Part shown: positions 10,726-20,097 of the stretch, piece by piece | Layout: the number at the start of each line of letters is the position of its first letter | Position numbering within the stretch: position 1 is the first letter of the stretch | Translations under genes and position numbers: made by a program | The notes under the pieces: generated by a model | What the model saw: the letters and a program-made list of their open reading frames with translations, nothing else | The model's database searches: none | Told to the model about the DNA's origin: nothing | Source of the DNA: Alphaproteobacteria bacterium | GTDB lineage: Bacteria > Pseudomonadota > Alphaproteobacteria > UBA828 | Assembly: GCA_963667785.2 (NCBI GenBank) | Contig: CAXXMU010000002.1 | Span: 1 to 64,000 of the forward strand | Reading direction: 5' to 3' | DNA length: 64,000 nucleotides

Positions 10726-11530
10726 GACGGATTCTCCTGATGTTCCGGGCATGCCAGCGCGGACGCAGTCGGAATTGGTGCCCGAGCCGGTGCTACGACT
10801 GCCCATTCTCACCGAAGTGCTGTCCCGGAGCGAAGCGACGCATCCGCGCAGTGGCCAGCAGTTCTCCCTAAGTGACTTGTTCTTCGCCGACATTACCGCC
10901 GGATGCCGCACGGCAGTGCGATGGGGCATGGGAGGGCGCACGACGCGTGACCCTCCACGACTCGGAGATGCCGCCCCAACTTGCAGTGAGGCGTCGATCC
11001 CAACCACAGGGATATCCGCTAGGACGCTGTCCGAGACGCGGTAGCCCGCTGCGCTCTTGCGCAAGTCAGGCGAAGGGCACGCACCCGTCGAGCGGATGCG
11101 GTTCGATTTACCGCGCGTCCACGGCAAAAAGCCGGGTGCACTACGGGGTGCGGAGCCGACCGCCGGAAGAGCAGTCTTGTCATCGGGAACCAAGTCACCG
11201 ATATCACCGATATAAAGACGCTCACGCGTCCCCGCCGCCAATCACATCCTGTCATGGTAGAGCCGGTTCGATGACCGGTAGTGCGTCAGCCGAACGACCC
11301 ATATTTCATCCCACGGAGTGGACCAGCAGCGCGGGGATCATGACCGTTTAAGTGGACATGAATTGACATGGGTGTTATGCTTAGGTTTATCGTGGCGATT
11401 GCAAGCGTGCTCCCGGATCCGGTGAGAGCTAAAGCAAGAGGAAGTACTGGAGAAATAGTTGTGTGTTTGGGAGTAGCAAGAAGTCGCAGTGCGAAGATTT
11501 GGACACTCTCTCAGGCAGGAGTCAAACAAG

Positions 11531-11881
11531 ATGAAAAGAGCTACATGTAAGAATGCTGTCATACTTGTTATTCCGCTGCTTGTCGCGGGATGTTTTGGTG
11601 GCGAAGCACTGGTTTCGACCTACGACCCCTGTTTCGTGGCGACGGCTAGTCCAGACCGTTACAAGCTCCGCTGCAGTTGGCCGGGATCCGGAAATACCCC
11701 GCCAGTAAAGAGCTGCTTCGAGAACAGAGGGGTGGAGGTTCAGGTAATTATGGAGCCCGGCAAACATGGTGGAACAAACTTTCGACTTGAAGAAGAAGTC
11801 GTTTCCTCGTCTGAAGCGATTTATCAAGCGAATGTAGCGCGAGAGTGTATACGGCGAGACCAAGAGAGGGCGGCTCAATAA
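11531..11881 (+). CDS. Small hypothetical lipoprotein
   Basis: MKRATCKNAVILVIPLLVAG-C lipobox; AGGAG RBS; low-GC coding. Confidence 0.6.
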   Translation: MKRATCKNAVILVIPLLVAGCFGGEALVSTYDPCFVATASPDRYKLRCSWPGSGNTPPVKSCFENRGVEVQVIMEPGKHGGTNFRLEEEVVSSSEAIYQANVARECIRRDQERAAQ

Positions 11882-11934
11882 CGGCTCGACACACCCCTAA
11901 CCTGACTTCCACGACCCAAACGGCAAAGGACATG

Positions 11935-13689
11935 TCAGAAGGTGAGACGGAGACCGGCCCTGAGGGCGTAGTCCTCACGGTCGGTCACCTGCGCCTCCGT
12001 GCTGATTGTCATCGCGGGGAGAATCTCCGTCTCCGTTGACAGGGAGAGACGGGGGTGCCAGCTTCCCTCAGCGAGCGCCACCGTCCCGAGGGGTATCTGT
12101 GCCTCACCGCCGAGGAAGCGGTCGGCAACGGCGGAGACGGTCAGGGCGGTACTGTCCGTCAGGGGGACGGTCTTCTTCGCCGTCAGGGTCAGGGACTGCC
12201 CTTTCGCGCCGGTGATGGTGTCACCGCCGTTTGAGACCTGCTCGGTCAGGGTGAGAAACAGGTTCCCGTGACCGGCGGAGAGACCGGTCTGATAGACCTG
12301 CCCGTGCTCATCGGTGAACCCGAAGAAGTCGGGACGGGTTCCCGCCGTCAGGGATGCGAAGAGCTCTCCGCTCCGGTAGCCGGTGACGATCAGGAATGTC
12401 TCCCCCCCGTTCGGCGTCACCGTGAAGAAGAGACCGTCCGTCCCCTCGGGAGCTTCCGTCACCCCGGCGAACGACAGGACGATCTCCTGTCCGCTCAGGG
12501 TCACCGGTTTCCCGTTGACGATGACATTCGCCGTCCCCCCGGTCGGCAGGTTCGCCATCGCGACGATGACATCACCGATGCACGCAAAGTCCGCAACTCC
12601 CAGTCCTCCGGAGACCCGCAGGAGCTCCTCAATGCCCTCTCCGCTCTTCTTGACACACGCCTTCCCGAACTTCGCCAGGTTCTGCGGTGTCGTCTCCGGC
12701 GCCACGGCAAGCACCGAGGCAAGCGCAGCGGCGAACTGGGGGGCGGAGTAGCTGGTGCCCCCTCCTATACCGGGAAATTCATACTGTGTCCAAATGCAAC
12801 CCTCCCGTATTCCGTCCCCCCTGCAGGAGTTGGATTCTTCGTGCCGGACATAATTGCCGTTTGCGTTTTTGGCATATCCGGAGATGAAAATCAGCCGATC
12901 TTCCGCGATTGCTTTTTCAATCTTGACTTTATTCGCCGGACTGACCAAATCGTCGTACCACGGAGCATTGCCGGCTCCATTGCCGGTACTGTTAACCAAC
13001 AGATAGAGGAGATCCTCAATGCCGACAACTTCAGCGACACCACTACCCTCCCTTGACCGATTAACAATTTTCACTTCTGGCATCCCGGCGATTTCATTCG
13101 CCAGCCACTGCTCAAAATTTGGAATATCGGAATCAGATACCACCTTGGTAAATGGAGAAGTTCCGGTTTCAGTTCTGATCGTACCATCTTGACTTCTGAA
13201 TTTTCCGGCTTGGCTTGTACAATCACCCGACTGGATATACGATTCACACGCTACTTGAGCGACTAGTTGAGCATGCTGCTCACCGGTGTCAGAAATGACA
13301 ACCTTCCGCTGCATCTCCTCTCTTGTTACCTTCACCATGCTCTGCGGAATTCTGTCAATTCCGTTAATCGCATACGGTCCGACAGAATACGCTGAATCCT
13401 GCGGAATCGGCGCCGAACAGATCGCGTTCTGACCGCCATTTTGACCGCGACAGCTCCACCGATAATCGGTGCCGGTGTCAGTCAGATCAGAAAAAGAGCC
13501 GACTGCGCATTGGTTGACGGTTGTGCTGCACTGACCGTTGACGGGTTGGGGCGGATCTACGGGATCTACCGGTTCTACCGGCGGCTGTGTTACCGGACCG
13601 CCCCCGCCGCCCCCGCAGGCGGTGAGGGATGCCGCGCCTATCGCGATAAGCGCAACGATGCAGAGTAATTTCGATCTTGTCCGTGTCAT
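11935..13689 (-). CDS. Lipidated subtilase (S8)-like protein with a Cys-rich module and putative C-terminal beta-barrel
   Basis: LTA-CGGGGGG lipobox, Pro-rich linker, ISDTG..H, NSTGNG, GTSYSAP, amphipathic C-terminus ending YALRAGLRLTF; GGAG RBS before 13689. Confidence 0.7.
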   Translation of the reverse strand: MTRTRSKLLCIVALIAIGAASLTACGGGGGGPVTQPPVEPVDPVDPPQPVNGQCSTTVNQCAVGSFSDLTDTGTDYRWSCRGQNGGQNAICSAPIPQDSAYSVGPYAINGIDRIPQSMVKVTREEMQRKVVISDTGEQHAQLVAQVACESYIQSGDCTSQAGKFRSQDGTIRTETGTSPFTKVVSDSDIPNFEQWLANEIAGMPEVKIVNRSREGSGVAEVVGIEDLLYLLVNSTGNGAGNAPWYDDLVSPANKVKIEKAIAEDRLIFISGYAKNANGNYVRHEESNSCRGDGIREGCIWTQYEFPGIGGGTSYSAPQFAAALASVLAVAPETTPQNLAKFGKACVKKSGEGIEELLRVSGGLGVADFACIGDVIVAMANLPTGGTANVIVNGKPVTLSGQEIVLSFAGVTEAPEGTDGLFFTVTPNGGETFLIVTGYRSGELFASLTAGTRPDFFGFTDEHGQVYQTGLSAGHGNLFLTLTEQVSNGGDTITGAKGQSLTLTAKKTVPLTDSTALTVSAVADRFLGGEAQIPLGTVALAEGSWHPRLSLSTETEILPAMTISTEAQVTDREDYALRAGLRLTF

Positions 13690-13739
13690 GCTCAACTCAC
13701 TCCAAATTGGGCGGCGCACACTCGAGGGATCGGCAGTAT

Positions 13740-14781
13740 GAGGCTTCAAGGCTGAGGGATAGCCGAAGTCGAGTCCGGTCACCAACGGAAAGAAGACGGG
13801 GACCGTCAGCAGGATCATGGCCAGGCTGTCCATGACGCAGCCGAGGATCAGGTAGACGAACACGATCCCGACCATGATCGTTATCGGCGCAAGCCCCGAC
13901 CCTGCCAGCGCATCCGCCAGCGCGGTGGTGACCTGGGACAGCGCGAGGAAGCTGTTGAAGATCTCGGCGCTGATGAGGATGAGGAAGATCATCGCGGTGG
14001 CCTGCGCGGTCTCCAACAGGCTCGATACGAAGGCAGACCAGCTCAGCCGCCCGGAGGCGAGCGCGACCAGGGCGGTCGCCGCAGCCCCGATCGCGGCGGC
14101 CTCGGTCGGCGTGAACACGCCGAAATAGATCCCGCCGATGACGGAGAAGAAGATCGCCGCCACCGGCCACACCGCACCCAGGCTGCGGATGCGCGCGCGG
14201 TACGGCAGGGCCGGAACGACCAGTCCCGCCTCGGGCTTGAGCCGGACATAGACGGCGATCGCGACCGCGTAGCCGAGCGTCGCGACGAGACCAGGGATCA
14301 GCGCGGCCAGGAAGAGCGTGCCCACCGACTGCTCTGTGATGACCGCATAGATCACCAGGATCACCGACGGCGGTATGAGAATGCCGAGGGTTCCGCCGGC
14401 GGCCAGCGTGCCGGAATAGCCGTGGCGCCGCACTTCGGGCAGCGCCACCGAGGCCATCGTCGCTCCGGTCGCGATGGAGGAGCCGCAAATCGAGCCGAAG
14501 GCGGCGCAGCCGAAGACGGTGGAGACCGCCAGCCCGCCGCGCCGGTGCCCGACCCAGGCGCGAGCCGCATCGAACAGCGCGCGGCTGAGCCCGGAGCGTG
14601 TCGCCAACTGGCCCATCAGCAAGAACAGCGGCAGCACCGATAGCGTGTAGCTCGACACCCGGCCGAACGGCGCGGTGTTCAGCAGGTTGAGGAACGCCGA
14701 CCACCCGGCGAGCGACGCGAAGCCGAAGCCGCCGACGACGAACATCGCCACCGCGACCGGCATCCCCAAAAGGGCGCTCAA
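13740..14781 (-). pseudogene. dctM: TRAP transporter large permease (DctM) fragment, truncated at both ends
   Basis: LPLFLLMG, GSICGSSIAT, GGTLGILIPPS, GVFTPTEAAA, LILGCVMD. The C-terminal helices are missing and no dctP/dctQ lies nearby. Confidence 0.8.
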
Positions 14782-14787
14782 GCGTCG

Positions 14788-15184
14788 TCAGCCCCCGGCC
14801 CCGCGGCCGAGACCCCCAAAGCGCTCGACCCACAACCCGGAGCGCCCCCTCCGGAAAGGCGTCGAGAAGAAGGTACGGGTCAACCCGCTGCGCCTCGAGA
14901 CCATCGAACCGCGCCCCGAGCATCGCCGAAACACGCTCTCGCGCATCCCGGTTGCTCCTCCCGTGAACCAGCCACCCGTGGCCCCCGTGATCCCGAACCC
15001 GGTAGGCCCAGGCCCGGCCCACATCCGCACCCCGCGCCGTCGCCTGAATCGTCTGACCTCCAGCCCGATGCCGCCCCAACACCGCCGCAACCGCACCCTG
15101 CGCAACCCGACGCTCGTCCGGAGACAGCACATACCAGTCGTTCCCCTCCCACCGGACGCTCCAACCCAGCGCTACTCCGCTCAT
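14788..15184 (-). CDS. Hypothetical protein, possibly phage-derived (probable frameshift near the 3' end)
   Basis: GGAGGGG RBS followed by ATG (MSGVALGWSVRWEGNDWYVL...); no recognised family. Confidence 0.35.
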
Positions 15185-16235
15185 GACCCCTCCAAGAAGT
15201 AGACCCCCACAAGTATACCTTCGGTTCCCGCGCGCACAGATGACGAGGTATACATAGGGGGGGCTGGCGAGACGGCCCCCACTTCGGATGCCCCCCCTTG
15301 TCGCGATCGCGCCCACGGGTCCTAGGCCGGGCCATGCGCCGGTCGCGGAGCGTGCACCGCACCAACTAGGCCGGGAGCACCACATGTGGGGGGTGGGTGC
15401 GCCCATAATCGTGGGATCGGGCTAAGCGGCTGATCTGGCGTCATTCCCAATTTCCCACAATCGGCATTATGCGACTCTCGGGCGGGCAGGCTATGAGCCG
15501 AGCGCAGACTAGGCCAGGCCGGGCTGAGCCGGGCGCAGACTGGCCCGAAACGCACGCTCGTAGCGATGATCGCCCTCGCCATTCGGGCCTGAGGCGGGAT
15601 GGGCAGTTGGGTTTCGGGTTTCAGGTGGATTTGGGATGAGCGGGGGCGATCGGGGGCGGGGTGTTGTGCTTAGGAGGGTAGGGGGATGGGTCAGGGATTG
15701 ATGCGGTGTGCGATGCGGATGAGGTGTGCGGCGCATCGGTGGGCACGGGCGAGCCGTCAGTCTGCGATCTCACGGAGCAGGCGAGCGAGGGCGCGGCGGG
15801 TCAGGGGCATGGGTCGTGTCCCTCTTCCGAGGCGTCGGCGTACGGGTCGGGATAATGCCCGGACTGGATCAGCCAGATGACGGCGGCGCGGCAGGCAGCA
15901 TCGTCGAAAATGTCGTAGAAACCGGTCTTCAGCGCCTGGCCGGAGGTTTAAGCTGCGCGCGCCGGCGCGGAGCGCCTGTGCGCAGGTCAGGGCCATGTCA
16001 CCCGCCGCCCGGCGTGGGTCGTTACCGCCCTGTTCGCGTGGCGCGTGCTGTGGCCACTCTGGTGATTCGGTTTGGTTGAATGCGTGGAGGACGGAGAGGA
16101 TATGGAGACTTCGAGCTGGTGAGGAGCGCGCGGTTCGATCGGTTCCTCAGGTTCGATGCCGGCCTCGTCAGGACCGAGGGGGCGCCGCGCTGAAGCGAGG
16201 GGCGGGCCGGCGCGGAAGCGGCGGCTTGGGCGTTC

Positions 16236-16670
16236 TCAGGGCGCCGTGCGGCCTTCCGCCCAGGGGTCGATGACCGTAATCCCGCAGTGCTCGAAGTCGG
16301 CGCCGTTGCGGTTGGCGACCGCTGCGTCCCTCGCGCGGGCGATGGCGGCGATCTGGCAGTCCGCCTCCAGGATCGGTCGGCCAACGGAGCGGCGCGAGGC
16401 GGCGATCGCCGCATAGGCCCTGGCGGCGGCGCTGTCGAAGGGCAGCACGCGCCCCGCGAAATCCTCCCGCACGACGGCGTCGATCTCGGCGGCGAGGCGG
16501 TCGCGGCGCCGGCCGGACGGCAGGATCGCCGCGCCCGCGCGGAGTTCCGCCTCGCTGACCGCGGTCAGGTAGAGATCGGCGGAATCCTGTCGCGAGAACC
16601 ACGCCATGACCGCAGGCTCGGGCACTGGCCGCATGAGCACGGAGACCACGTTCGTGTCAATGATCACCAT
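16236..16670 (-). CDS. vapC: PIN-domain toxin (VapC/FitB-like)
   Basis: IIDTNVVS, SEAEL, RVLPFD, ADCQIAAIA, DF..CGITVIDPW. Confidence 0.9.
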   Translation of the reverse strand: MVIIDTNVVSVLMRPVPEPAVMAWFSRQDSADLYLTAVSEAELRAGAAILPSGRRRDRLAAEIDAVVREDFAGRVLPFDSAAARAYAAIAASRRSVGRPILEADCQIAAIARARDAAVANRNGADFEHCGITVIDPWAEGRTAP

Positions 16671-16681
16671 GACCCGTGCGC

Positions 16682-16924
16682 TCAGCCGAACTCGGGCGGC
16701 GGGCGCATCGGGCTGCGCCTGGGAAGCTCGAGTTCGACGCCGCCGAGCGCAACGAAGCGCGTGTGGATGGCGCGGCCGAGGTCCTTCGGGGGCGGCGCAT
16801 CGCCGACAGTACGGCGTAAGATGTCGCGTGCTTCCTCTTCCATGGAACGGCCGTTCTCGGCAGCGCGCACGCGGAGCCTGCGTTTGAGGCCGTCGTCGAG
16901 ATTGCGAATGGTGATACTCGCCAT
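16682..16924 (-). CDS. FitA-like ribbon-helix-helix antitoxin
   Basis: MASITIRNLDDGLKRRLRVRAAENGRSMEEEARDIL, directly upstream of the PIN toxin. Confidence 0.9.
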   Translation of the reverse strand: MASITIRNLDDGLKRRLRVRAAENGRSMEEEARDILRRTVGDAPPPKDLGRAIHTRFVALGGVELELPRRSPMRPPPEFG

Positions 16925-17057
16925 GGACGGTATCCTCCGCAGGAGCGTCACGTGCGAAATTTGGCAACGATAGCGTTGCAGTCAACCGGCGGACGTCCGG
17001 CGGGGATGTCGATGCGCTCGCCTCAGGGCTCGCGGTTCCAGTCGTCCAGGGGTCGCT

Positions 17058-17211
17058 TCAGTTGACCCAGACGACACCGAAACTTGGCTCGGCGTCGGGG
17101 TAGGCGGAGCACTCCATCTCGGTTAAGTGAGGGCACACGTCGTGTTCGATGCCCTGCCCGTCGAGCCATGCGAAGCCGGGCCGGAAGTCGGTGCCGCCCC
17201 GGCCCTTGATC
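17058..17211 (-). pseudogene. C-terminal remnant of a VWA-like (DUF2201-type) protein
   Basis: Manual translation gives IKGRGGTDFRPGFAWLDGQGIEHDVCPHLTEMECSAYPDAEPSFGVVWVN*; GGTDFRP is characteristic. Confidence 0.6.
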
Positions 17212-17470
17212 GCACCTGGGAAAACGGTCCCCCGTCAGCGGCTGGCTGCGTACTCGCTTGTCGTCTGCATGGCGCCGCGGCCGGTCCGGACCGCGCGGGT
17301 GGCCACCCGCCGCCGGGGCGATTAAACCCCGATCGGTATCAAGTAGCGTCGATTCCAGGGTGGGTTGTGCCTTCGGAGGCCGTTCGGATACGGCGGCGAT
17401 CCGGTCGTTCTCGATCCGAGTCCTGCGAGGGCTCCCGTGGTCGAGCGCCTGTCGTGGAATCAGGCCGACG

Positions 17471-17791
17471 CTAGCCGGGACGTCCCGTCCTCCACTCCCA
17501 CGGCCGGAACTGAACGTCGGCGAAAAAATTCGCCATGCCATAGGGGCTGTCCTCCAGGAATGCTCGCGCCGCTTCGAGAGAAGGCGCCTTGGCGATCAGG
17601 AGCAGGCCGACGATGGACTCCGAAATCATCGGAGAGGGTAGGGCTGGCGTTATGGACGATGATGCCGGGATGATCAGGATGATCGCGCAGATAGTTGATG
17701 AAGGCGCCCTGAATCTCGCTGCCTGCCTCGACCCGCCCGCGCTTGCGCCGCCCGTTGTCCTGGCGATGATCGAGGGCGCCGCCTGAGACAC
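17471..17791 (-). pseudogene. YciI-like protein, frameshifted
   Basis: AFINYLRDHPDHPGIIVHNASPTLSDD in one frame continues as SESIVGLLLIAKAPSLEAARAFLEDSPY in another. Confidence 0.65.
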
Positions 17792-17911
17792 AAATAATCG
17801 CGCACGTCACTGTAATCCCGCCGCCGTTGACACATGTCGTCATACGGCGTAGTCGTGCCATGCTGAGCAGCAACTGGCGGAAGCAGCAATAGCCGGCAAG
17901 GAGAATTTACA

Positions 17912-19057
17912 ATGAGGCTGGTGGCGCGACATGTGATGTTGCTGGGTTTGGTGGCAGCGGTGGGCGCGTGCACGGCGTCGGAGACTGCAACCATCGTATC
18001 CGAGCCGACCGGGGCGTCCGTGGCGATCAACGGACAAACTGTCGGCAAGACGCCAATGGAATACGATTTCGCGTTTCCCGAAGACTATACTCAGTACAGT
18101 GTCCGGGTATCCAAGAGCGGTTATCACTCCAATTCCACGTCGGTGTCGCTGAACCGCCTGAAGAAGTCCGGCAGGTTGAGCCTCAATCTTGAGTCGCAGA
18201 ACGTGGCGGCGACGATCACCTCGGAACCGAGCGAGGTGAACGTCAAGATCGCCGGTCAGGAAATAGGAACGACCCCCGTCCGGCACATCTTTAACTTCGC
18301 CAACAGGAGCAGTCGCTACAGAATTACGGGCTCGAAGGAAGGGTATCACGACGGTGCCGCCGAGGTTACCGAGGAGAAGTTGAAGCGCTCCAGCCAAGTG
18401 AAGCTGACTCTGGAGTCGCAGAACAAGTCGATCCTTATCAGCTCGGTGCCGGTTCGCGCGAGCGTTCGGGTTGGCGACAAGAGACTGGGCGATCGGGAGG
18501 TGGGTCGGACTCCCACCGAGCATACGTTCAATTTTGCTGACAGAGATCAGCGCTACATGCTTACCGTATCGAAGCCCGGCTTCTTCGATCATGTGATTTT
18601 TCTGACCGAGCATTCTCATGAGCTCGATGCGGGCGAGATCGACATCGTTCTCGAAGAGGACCCCGCATGGATCAGCACTTCCGAAAGCGAGGCAACGAAC
18701 AGGTGGCTGCGAATTCCGGTCAATCCCGTGATCGATCATGCCGGTGCGTGGCAGAGGGTGATCGACTCCGTAACGACGGTATACACCAGCCTGGAGCAGT
18801 TGGATCAGGTATCGGGATATATCCGCAGCGCCCCGAGATTCCGACAGTTCGACAAGGGGCCCGACGGGCCATATTACGTGCGCACGCAGTTTGTCGGCTC
18901 AGTCTCGTCCACGGAACCCCTGACCTACAAGATCAAGGTGATTTCCAAGACGCGTCTGGAGGCGGAACCGGACGAGAACTGGAGGGACTTCGGACGGGTC
19001 TTTGCAGAAGACGCACAGCTTGTGGAAGAGTTGCTGAACCGGTTAGGTCTGAAATAG
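17912..19057 (+). CDS. PEGA-repeat lipoprotein
   Basis: VGA-C lipobox; three repeats of S-x-P-x-x-A/V-x-V...G-x-TP...F-x-F...Y...SKxGY/F, then an unknown C-terminal domain; AGGAG RBS. Confidence 0.8.
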   Translation: MRLVARHVMLLGLVAAVGACTASETATIVSEPTGASVAINGQTVGKTPMEYDFAFPEDYTQYSVRVSKSGYHSNSTSVSLNRLKKSGRLSLNLESQNVAATITSEPSEVNVKIAGQEIGTTPVRHIFNFANRSSRYRITGSKEGYHDGAAEVTEEKLKRSSQVKLTLESQNKSILISSVPVRASVRVGDKRLGDREVGRTPTEHTFNFADRDQRYMLTVSKPGFFDHVIFLTEHSHELDAGEIDIVLEEDPAWISTSESEATNRWLRIPVNPVIDHAGAWQRVIDSVTTVYTSLEQLDQVSGYIRSAPRFRQFDKGPDGPYYVRTQFVGSVSSTEPLTYKIKVISKTRLEAEPDENWRDFGRVFAEDAQLVEELLNRLGLK

Positions 19058-19204
19058 AGAGGCCGTTCCGCGGTCTGGCGAGGGCGCTCCCGGCAGAGGG
19101 CCAAGTAGGCAGAAGGGACCGGGGAGCGCGTTCCAGACACTAGTTCGGATGTCTCGGCATCAATCGGCATCCAATTGTGATGGAGTGAGCGCCTCCTTCC
19201 GACG

Positions 19205-19455
19205 GCATCGCGAAGTGCCAGGGTGCCGACGACGGTCGTGGTCTTCCAGCGCCCATGGAGCACCGGCGCGCGGCAGCGGTGTGCGAGCGGAGCCCGGCCC
19301 GAGCGTCTCGCCATCTTGTTGGAAGTGCCCGTCTCATCGACGAAGACGAGTTTCTCGGAGTCGAGGTCAAGCTGGGCGTCGAGCCAAGCTCGCCGGCGAC
19401 GCTGCACGTTAGCACGTTGCCGCTTGCTGGCGTGCGCGGTTTTGCCGCGAAGTAT
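19205..19455 (-). mobile_element. IS630-family transposase internal remnant
   Basis: KTAHAS...RRRRAWLDAQLDLDSEKLVFVDETG...GRAP...HGRWKTTTVVG is typical of IS630. Confidence 0.8.
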
Positions 19456-20097
19456 CTTCGAGACCTCTCGATTGCGGGAAGGCGGAGGCGGACGGGCCGG
19501 TCGGATTGAACACACACCAGCCTTGGGTGTGATGCGACTCGCCGCGCGTCCTCGGCTCGGCGGCCGGGAACAATGCTGGGTGTCGAGATGAGGCCGGGAA
19601 ATCCGGCAAAGCAGAACCGGTACTCCGCCGCAATGGGAGATTCACGGGCAGCGCCAACATACAAAGTCGATCGTCGTTGCCGGTCCGCGACACGCATCGT
19701 TGCCGCTCGAAGTACTCAGGCTGCATCAAGTCCAGTGCAATGCTGATCGGGGTCAGCGCGGGTTACGGCCTCGGTGCGTCAGGTGTGACGCGCAAACCGC
19801 CGAAGGGCGTAAAGGCTAGAATGCCCATAACCCTACGGCCTCGGGCCGGATTGCCGTCCCATTCCAACGACTTAGCCCGAGCGGCGCTTGAGCGACGCTG
19901 TTCGCCGCGCTTGTGATAGAACGGTTCCGGACCCGTTGCGCGGCTTCCGTTGGTCATTATAGGAAGCACCTTCGGCTTTGCAAGTCGTCCTGTGTCGGGG
20001 GTGGACGGAGCCGTCGGGAAGCGGCTTGCCGCGGCGACCGCAGCGAGTCCGGCAAGGCAAGCCGCTTCCCGACGGCTCACACGGCGAAAGGGATGTC

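Noticed and set aside
10726-11340. Possible guanidine riboswitch, or a 171-aa N-terminal extension of the ureohydrolase
   Set aside because: I could not identify guanidine-I, -II or -III consensus elements by eye. The extension has no family features and a good RBS precedes 10725. An Infernal/Rfam scan would settle it.
13697-15406. 569-aa ORF as a single gene
   Set aside because: Its distal two-thirds is an off-frame reading of the dctM fragment.
19460-19900. Short minus-strand frame (ISIALDLMQPEYFERQR) as a gene remnant
   Set aside because: No family recognised and too short to support.
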